The notes below the pieces were generated by a model that had not been told where the DNA came from, ran no database searches, and worked only from the letters and a program-made list of their open reading frames with translations. Source: Proteromonas lacertae (taxonomy: Eukaryota). Taken from it: 20,000 nucleotides of DNA. Below are positions 11,304-20,000 of the stretch, piece after piece. Both the position numbers and the translations under genes were made by a program. Where the stretch lies: contig NGBS01000899.1 in assembly GCA_002245135.1 (NCBI GenBank), forward strand, positions 61,929 to 81,928, in the 5' to 3' direction. Within the stretch, counting starts at the first letter, position 1, and the number at the start of each line of letters is the position of its first letter.

Positions 11304-14300
11304 ATGTGTACGATAATTATTTTACAATTATCATACACATTATTATGCATCTCTGACAATACACTGATACATGTATTAAAAATGTATCGTTTTCATTATA
11401 AAAACTGATGTAGTTTTTATTTATTTTACCAGTATTCTAGCATTAGTTAACTGTATATACGTATGTAAATCGAGTTATAATGCTAATTTAATAACCATAC
11501 AGCAGAATAATCTAGAATCTGATATAAAGTCAGAAAAAAGCGTACAGAAAAGTCAAATATGCGAGAATGTACATAGTAATATAAGTGGAATAGTTTCCTT
11601 GCGGAAGTTTACTTCAAATCTGAATAAAGTAAACTATAATGATTCTGATAATTATTTAACTTACGCAGTTAGTTATTTTGGTAGTTCTAATTTATATCTT
11701 GTATCAATATCCTCTATTAATATACCAATTTTAATTAACAACTGTATAAAAGATTTATATAATTTTTAAATTATAGTTATATCCAAATATGATGATTACC
11801 AGAGTTGTGACATAGTTTTCCTAACAAACATCTTCATTATAAGTGCATATGAAGAAATCTTCAGTAATGTCAAGCTAAAGTCAAATATTCTGTTCATTTC
11901 TTCTTTAAAGCATCTTATTCATTCAAGTAATACACTAATTATAGTTGATATGCTGTTAGATCAATCAGAATCAGAAGAACAAATGAATATTTATCATCAA
12001 TTTTTCACCAAAGATATATATATTCATATATTCCCATTTAATGACAATAGTGTAAGTAAGGATGGAATATATTCTTTATATATCTCTGAAAAAGATAATT
12101 TAAATGCAGATGAAATAGTAAATGGAGTAAATTATGAAGAATTATTATAGTATAAATATATATATATATTTGATTATAATGTAATAGTAATCATTTCCTT
12201 GATAATTATATATATCCTATAAAATTAGATAGTAATGGAGATGGTAATATAATAGATAAAATATATACTTTGTCAAATACATATTCAAATGCAACATCAA
12301 TAACAAAAAGACATACAATTGAACTGCCATTGTATTTAATACAGAATGTTGAAAGAAAGATATTCAGAATAATAAGAAGGATGAGTTATGATAAGGAGAA
12401 GAGTCAATATGAAAATAATACTAATAATTGTATATTATTAGCAACAGATTCCAATGATCAGTTTAACCACAGTGAAATAGTCAGTGTAATAAATTCTGTA
12501 AACTTCAAATGTATTTTTTTATAAACATAATATATATAATAGGTAAAGTAAAATATTCTTTGTTATATATTGAATTATCAGATGATGGATGTGAATCAAT
12601 AGTCAATATGTATTATAAAGATAATAGCAATATAAAATTGATGTTTCTATCCTCCAATAATCAAAGATGTCTTAATTATATACACAATAATAATGATAAA
12701 AACAATCATTCACATAAATATATATTTCTACTCAATACATTATCAATCAATCATCCTGTTACTTCAAATATTATATATATATCACCAGCTGTTGAACATT
12801 ATGATTTTGTAATAATGAAGTATATTTTATTGAATAAATATGTTAATAAGACAATCATTATTACTGATAATAATAATGATTATTCATTAGATAGTATGTT
12901 TAGTTTACTTCATTTATCAATATTCCCTCCTGTTTATGTATATAATAATAATGTTAATTTAATCCTACAAAAGAATGAAATGAAAGAATGTTTAGTGATT
13001 TTACATTTGACATCATTATCAACGATTATGAATATTACAAATACCTATACAAATCAACAGTTTATTATTTCAAATTCTTATAGTTTTTATAACAGCTATA
13101 ATGAAATAATAAATAATAATAATAACACATTGTTTTTATCTCCTATATCACTGTCATCATCCACGTTTAATAATAATTTATTATATTCAATATTAATATC
13201 CATTTCATTACAAATATGGTTAAGTGATAAAAGATTTAATCATTCATTGTCAGTTACACATTATCCTTCATATATGAATATACCATTTGAAGGATATAAG
13301 AATAAAAATGTAAAGGATTTGATAAGATATGATAATTACTTAGAATCACCAATATACATATGTATTAACAGTAATAAATGTAATAGAATGAGTTATTATA
13401 AATCCAACAATTTCTACAGATCAAGTAAACAAGTTAAAACTAATTCTAATGTATATTATATTGGTGGTTTATTTGCATTATCTGGTAGTTCAATGGATAG
13501 AGATGAAGCTCCAATTGTGTTTGTATTTCTTCAATTAGTTGATAATTTAAACAGAGAATTAAGTGTAAGAGGAAAACAGTTTTTACCAATGTATCACGAC
13601 ACTCAGAATGACAATAACAAGTTTTATAATTATATAGTAACATTATCAAATCAATCCAATGTAATAGCTATATTTGGAGGTACAAAACCATCTCAGAAAG
13701 AGATTATTGTGAAATATTTATTACAAAGTAAAGAGAATGTGAATATAATAATGTATATATATTTAGGTTCAACTCAAGATATGATTTGTAATGTAAATAT
13801 CTTATGTATTGGTCCATCTCAACTGTTATTATCCTATTTAATATACAAAGATGTAATATCTCATTCAAATCAATTCATTGGGTTAATATTGGATAGTTCT
13901 CAACAAGCCAATGATTATTTAGGATATTTGAAGTTATATACGGAGTTAATATCTATTAATGTATTACAATATGAAACAGATGAAACTAAAAGATTAGATG
14001 CTTTTATGGATCGATGTATGGATGATACTCCTTGTATAATAATATTATCATTAAGTGAAAAGATGTCATATCAATTCTATGATTATTGTTATGATAATAA
14101 TATTGAGTTTAGTTATCATGGTGATGTTACAGTGTATGATTTAGTAATGACAGAAAATAGTTTCAGTGTTTTAGAACCCAATAAAATCAAAGGAGTTATT
14201 ACAGTGAGTAGTTATTTCCGTGATTTGTTGAAGTATAAATATTCAGCTAAGAATGAAGAATTTTTGGATTTTGTTTATTCAAATGAGTATATACCATCCA

Positions 14301-16882
14301 GTTATAATCCAATTTGGTTGACAGAGTCATTATATATTGGATTTCTATTATGGAAAAGTGCTATTATTGATATTGATAAATATGATTGTGTGAATATAAC
14401 AAACTATCTATTTAAGAAAGAGTTTAATACACCATCAGGTATAACAGTTCAAGGAGGAACAAATCAGTTAATAAGAAATATTTATCTAGCAGAAGCTGTA
14501 TATGAAGAAACAGCAACAACAAAATATTATTTCAAAATTTTAACATCCAATACTAACAAGTTATCATTACAGTTTTTCCCCTATTTCAATCTAATTACCT
14601 CCTCTTATTGTTCAATAAATAGAGATGGAAGTATTACTACAGAAAGCACAAATAACTTAATTATTGGAGTATTAAGTGATAGAAGTACACAACATTATAA
14701 TGATTTGTCAAATCTAATGATTGAATATATAGAAAATATATTTACAGAGATGGTAGAATATGGATTTTCATTTACTCCATCATTATTTCCAGTGTATTTA
14801 GTAAATGATGATTCAGATGATAGAGTATTATCATCATTATTTTTGAATCAAAATATAAGTATTGTTATTGGAGCACCATCCTACTATTCATATAATAAAG
14901 TCTTACCTTATATAATAAAATCTGAGAAAATATTTATAACAATTTATCAACCTCAACAGACACTATGTGTTGAGAATATATTCTATTTAATACAACCAGA
15001 AGATAATTTAATATATAGTGTATTTGAGTATTATAATAGTTTATATTTAACTACCATATATTATCTATATCATAATGATGATGATTATAATAATATGAAT
15101 GATAATTTGGTCAATTATTATAGAAGTTTAATAAAGAAGGAGTTTAAAGATAATATCATATTTGAACCAATTGTTATAGATGAAACGAATAGTCTAACGG
15201 ATATATTTCAAACATATTTTTCTGTAGAAGATGAAAGATGTGGAATAATAGTGTCATTAAGAGATAGTTATTTAGTAGAATATATCAAACAATTACAAAT
15301 CACTCCATTAAACAGACTGTTTTATGTTCAATATCTTATATATTATGATCCAATATTGTTAGTAGATTATAGAGATAAATTAGATGATATTTTAATAACA
15401 TTACCTTCACTTGATAATACAGCAGTAGAAAAGATAATAGAGAATAAGATAATGTTAATGATCGATTATATAAAATATGGCTTAATAGAAGCAATTAAGT
15501 ATATTAAGATGGATACTGGTGAAGATTTTCTGAATGTGTATAGCACTTCAATTAATAAAAATTCGATTAGATTATTCATAATAAGAGCATTTGAAAATGT
15601 AGTAATTAATAAAGATAATAAAATAATTAAAGGTAGTACAACCCATATAGTTGAAACCAATTATTATATATCTAATATACAAAAAGGATTGTTGATAATA
15701 TATGAAAATCAATTGAATATTCATTCATTAACATATGATTCATGCAAAATATCAAAAAGTGTAGTGAAGTTTACCTATGAAACTGGTTTTATTGTGTTTT
15801 TTGTTGTTGTTCATGTAGTGGTTGTTATATTCTTTGGATCATTTATTTATTTTATTTATTACTTTAGAAGAACAGCAATAATGAGATCTTCAAGTCCTTT
15901 GTTGATGGATATATTGCATTTGCTCTTTACAATTTCAGTTTAAGTTGTTATGTATTCTGTTTTGTGAGATATAACGATTTATCCTGTTCATTTGCAATGA
16001 CTTATTGGGTTACAAGTTGTCAGAATTTAATATCTGCTTTGGTATTTAAAACTTGGAGAATTGACAAATTATTGAATAATAAAAAGTTGAAGAAGTTTTC
16101 AATATCCAATAGAGTGATTCTAACCAAAATATTCGCTACTTTATTCTTTCATATAGTCATAGATATTGTGTGGTATCCAATACACTCATATTCATCATAC
16201 AAAGAAATAATATTAACTGATAAATCCAATAATCTAGAAACTGTAATATATGGAACATGTGAGAATTTGACAGTCTATATAGTGATTCATTATATTCCAT
16301 TAGCTATTACATATATATATGCATGGATTGAATCATGGAAAACAACAGATGTTGAAGAACAATTCAATGAATCAAGAACATTAGCAACTTGTGTATTATG
16401 TATGTTTTATACAAGTATTTTCTATTTAACATTACAACAGTATGTTAGAAATGATCCAGTAGCATATGCAATCTTATTACCAATTGTTTTATCATTTGCA
16501 TGTGTAGTGAATGGAGTGTTATTGTGGTTTCCTAAATTCTTTTATTTATATACAATCAATTGGAGTAGAAACCAGTAGTAACAGCAGTAATAATAACTAT
16601 GTAGTGTCATCTCCAAAATCATCCAATGAAAGTTATATGGTTAATATAAAGTCAATGACTAGAAATCAATCAAGAAAATCATCTGTTTGTAGAGTTGTTC
16701 CTGAAGAAGGAATAGTATTTGCAGGTAATAGTCGAAATCTGTCAATTTGTAACAGAAAAATGATTCCTTTGTATATTGATGGTTCCGCTAATAATCAGAA
16801 TAAAAAACCATCGTTTGTAGAGAATTACTCACCTGGATGTGTTATTAATATTGCAAATTCGAAGAATTCAACTGACAAGTGA
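11304..16882 (+). CDS. Large class C (GABA-B/7tm_3-like) GPCR with multiple periplasmic-binding-protein type I (Venus flytrap) modules; start codon uncertain; two 1-nt frameshifts
   Basis: The frame is open from about 11414-11433 (signal-like FTSILALVNC) through introns 11744-11776, 12150-12187 and 12511-12542. The 7TM region (about 15784-16540) shows IMRSSSP, LVFKTWRIDKLLNN, FNESRTLA and FPKF. TM2 (GYIAFALYNFSLSCYVF) needs a -1 shift at about 15907, and the Ser/Asn-rich tail needs a +1 shift at about 16541. ATG 11304 works only with a 49-nt intron at 11384-11432, which is tentative. Confidence 0.8.
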
Positions 16883-17218
16883 ATTATTTATTCATAAATA
16901 GCTGTATATTAATATGTGTGTATGTTTTTATGCTTTTTAGTGTTTCATTTGAAATAATTCTCATTGTTGCTACAATTGCTTTAATTTTAGTCAAATAAGG
17001 TATAATATAGCTTTATATTATTATCTTCGCCATTTATTTCTTTTGATATAAACAAGCCAGAAAATGTCTTGTAAAGAATGTATGAAGTTATTATCAAAAT
17101 ATTGTTATTTATCATTTATTTGAGTTATTATAAATGTAATATATTTTCAGTAGTAATAAAATTACAACATTTTAATAAAATAGTTCAATTGTAAATTAAT
17201 AAAAATGAAATAATAGTT

Positions 17219-18711
17219 TTATAATTCTTCCATATACTTACAACCGTCTTTATATCCTTTGTCAAATTCTTTTTTATCATCTTCAGTAGTACATTCTTTT
17301 GATATTATCATCATAATTCAAATTGTTATATCCACAACTAAATCCAAAATCATAGTATTTCTTAACATCTACTTCTTCTTCTTCTTCTATATCACTACTA
17401 TTATTAACAAATACATTTGAATCATTTTCTTTCATATTTTCTTCTCCTTTCCATTAGCTGATAAAACATTACATACCTACTGAATTTGATATAATATTCA
17501 TTATTTTTCTTTTCCTGAATATCATCTTCATTCAATACTTTTTCCATCATCATATATATACCATTTACTGTCATTATAAGATTTGCATTTAGCAATATAA
17601 TGCCTTGTTATTCGGTTATATTTTGTCATTCCTATTAAAGCATATATTTCTTTTCTCCATCTATATAAAATGTAATAAATATAAATATGTACTGTCATTT
17701 TTAAAATAAAATTTATTGCATTCTTTCACAGTTTTTGCATTATCATGAGATAATAAATGTATAATTAATATATTTGGGAATTCACTAATTATTCTTTTTT
17801 CAAAAACATTTTCCCACATTTTTCACATGTTTTACCAAGACTGACATTTTTAAATCCTTTCCAACATTGTTGTAATTCAACACTTTCATTTTTCGTTTCG
17901 TTAATGCTTTTCCTTTCCACTTCAAATGATAAACTATAACACATATCACTGACATTATCCCTCTCATTATTACATTCACAATTTTTCTTTTCACAATTGT
18001 CATTTTAAACGGATACTTTAAACTATCATCTAGATATTTTAATAGATCTGTAAGAAATTGATATGCATCTTCTTCATTACTACCTTTATAAATACTTCTC
18101 AATGATGATAAACTCTTTTTTACTTTTACCATATTACTTAACGCTGCATTACAGTCTTTAATCCATAAACTATTTAATAAATTAATGAAATAATTATTAA
18201 CATCCTTACTTTCATGATTATTTGCTATTATATAATTGTTTTTTGGTATGGTATGAGCTAAACATTGTAATATCGATATAATATAACAATTATTATTTTC
18301 ATTCTTAATACCACAAGTATAAGCTCCACTATTAGGAATATAAATACTGTTATTAGAATGAGGAGGTGGTGGTGGCTGTTCTATCTTAATATTATTATTC
18401 TGAGGTGGTGGAAGGTATTGTTGTTGTTGCTGGACATTATTATTTCTTTCTACTACACATTGTATCGAATAATCTTTCCTATTTTTTATAACAAAGTCTT
18501 TTTCATAAACATATTGATTGAATTGGCATTCACAAGAATGAATATTAATATTACCAGATAATGGTATTTTTTTCTCTTTTACAGAAACTTTTGTTATTAT
18601 ATTATTTGTTACATCCATTCTCATTTTTTCTATTCCAATTAAGTGAGATGATATATGATGCTTTGTTGATTTTACATTTGATTGTTCTGCAGTTTTTCTC
18701 TGATGAAACAA
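17219..18711 (-). CDS. Ubiquitin-specific protease (peptidase C19/USP) domain, interrupted by about 6 single-base frameshifts (assembly error or pseudogene)
   Basis: Cys box GIKNENNNCYIISILQCL (Cys 18286-18288); EEDAYQFL; after frame repair CEC...CEKC...EFPNILIIHL; intron 17661-17692 (32 nt); His box RHYIAKCKS...KWYIYDD (His 17600-17602); YVMFYQ. Shifts lie at about 17984, 17813, 17652, 17544, 17451 and 17298. No ATG start is evident at 18711 (TTG), so coding probably continues upstream. Confidence 0.75.
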
Positions 18712-20000
18712 AAATATAATAGAAATTTGACCACTTCATTTTATATTTTAAATATATCATACATTTTTTAATAAAGTCATTATTACATTTTTTTTACACC
18801 TTCATTTTCATTCATAATATGTATGAAACAGTTATTTAATAAGTAAATCATATCTCTATTCTCAAGAGTTGCTAAATGAAGTAAATATATTTCACAAATC
18901 ATCTTCTTTCTTGGCAGTAGAATATATATCATTATCGAATAATTCTTTAAAAATGACAAATTCACCTTCTTTTATTCTTTCTAATTTAACACCTAAATTA
19001 TTTTCTAAGTTATCATAATGAAATAAACATTTGTACCAAACTAATTCTTCAATAACAATTTAAACAATAGAATATTATTTCCTTCTTTATAAACATTTTT
19101 AAAATGTCTTTAATTTCATTAATATCTTCTTCTGTAGCTTTGTGCTTTACACAATCATATATATAATCAAATACATCATCAGAGATAACTCCATTTCATA
19201 TTCATTGATTCTGTCATAACATTTGGCAGATGTATTGTCAGCTTTATAAGGAATAGAATACTTCACTATATAATGACAGAGTGTACTATCAAATGATGTT
19301 TTTAAATCATGGGAAATACTATTCTTTTTCATCATTTGATCTACGTGGATATAAATATGTTAATAAAAATTCCATATAGCCTAGATCACCAACTATTCTC
19401 TTTATACCTTTTGTATATAATTCCTTCCAATAGTCTTTATGATAATATACATCATATTGCTGCGTAATAGATATGTCTTGGAACATTTCCATATTTTTTA
19501 TTGAAATGATTTTTTTTCTTGTTAATTGACTTTTGCAAAGATTTTGGTAAGCATTTTTTTCCCATTGTTTAATTTCATTATCATCAAATACATCCATATA
19601 ATAATAAAACATTATACGAGTTGTAGTAATGAATTTATCATAATTGTTATGATCTGGTGAAGCAATATATAATACTATTGGAGAATCACTATGTTTACTA
19701 TCAAGATTAAAAGAATCAGATATTTCTATTTCATGATTAATTGTTTTTCCATACCTTCATCTTCATTAATTTCAATTACTTTTGATTTTTAACTGATATT
19801 TATTCTTATCTTCTTTATTAATCCCACTTTTATATATATTCGTAGGAATTGGATCATCAATAACAACTCCTAAATCAATTATTTTTTTCAATAAAAATAT
19901 TATGAAGGAGGTTTTACCACATCCTGGATTTCCTCTTAATAAAAAGTTGAAACAACTATCAATATCAACTTCTTCATTTGTTTCTTTCTTTTCTGCTAAT
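18712..20000 (-). CDS. Crinkler/RHS-like P-loop NTPase region, frameshifted, 5' end off-window; possibly the same gene as the USP
   Basis: Walker A FLLRGNPGCGKTSFIIFLL at 19910-19933 (not in the ORF track). It is followed by IVLYIASPDHNNYDKF and YYYMDVFDDNEI, resembling the 'SP...Y..F' and 'M..W...El' motifs of CRN/RHS-type NTPases. Multiple 1-nt shifts lie at about 19780, 19745, 19325, 19190, 19050, 18900 and 18790. Confidence 0.55.

Noticed and set aside
13739..13766. Intron-like GT...ATATATATTTAG inside the long GPCR exon
   Set aside because: The translated segment aligns with the expected binding-protein strand (NIIMYIYLG...NILCIG), and removing its 28 nt would break the frame.
1700..17250. 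Stop codons created by polyadenylation (Blastocystis TGTTTGTT system)
   Set aside because: All six gene ends visible here have genomic TAA or TGA stops. Only a partial GTTTGTT (9370-9376) lies downstream of one gene.
119..18561. Short opposite-strand or alternate-frame ORFs (119-301, 348-557, 3990-4241, 4436-4651, 4663-4863, 6036-6284, 8373-8630, 10025-10366, 10481-10663, 13446-13649, 15466-15660, 18358-18561)
   Set aside because: They are shadows of well-supported genes and have no recognisable motifs.
1..20000. Non-standard genetic code or stop readthrough as the cause of fragmented ORFs
   Set aside because: The breaks are explained by short GT-AG introns or 1-nt frameshifts. No conserved position needs a reassigned stop.
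15900..20000. Euplotes-like programmed ribosomal frameshifting
   Set aside because: Shifts go in both directions, share no slippery-site/stop motif and cluster positionally, unlike a programmed mechanism.
1..20000. CRISPR array, rRNA/tRNA, telomeric repeats, transposase/RT or terminal inverted repeats
   Set aside because: None seen. Repeats are limited to microsatellites and low-complexity coding tracts.

Overview
AT-rich, gene-dense eukaryotic (protist) nuclear DNA in the standard genetic code. It has about 29 tiny spliceosomal introns (27-51 nt, mostly 30-34 nt, nearly all GTAT...TAG). That intron size resembles Blastocystis/opalinid stramenopiles, but the organism cannot be fixed from this window. 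Manual splicing joins the ORF fragments into eight gene models: ABHD18-family hydrolase (-, 3' end off-window); SPT5 (-), head-to-head across 62 bp with a TANGO6/Rtp1-like HEAT protein (+); a DHA1-type MFS transporter (+); a Pro/Gln/Asn-rich double-RING protein (-); a very large class C GPCR-like receptor whose ectodomain carries tandem UrtA/AmiC-like periplasmic-binding modules (+); a USP deubiquitinase (-); and a Crinkler/RHS-like P-loop NTPase (-, 5' end off-window) that may be fused to the USP. Reading frames are almost clean to about 15.9 kb, then carry 14 or more single-base frameshifts, mostly in homopolymers. The most interesting items are the multi-flytrap GPCR and the putative NTPase-USP fusion. 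All family assignments come from motif recognition by eye; no searches were run.
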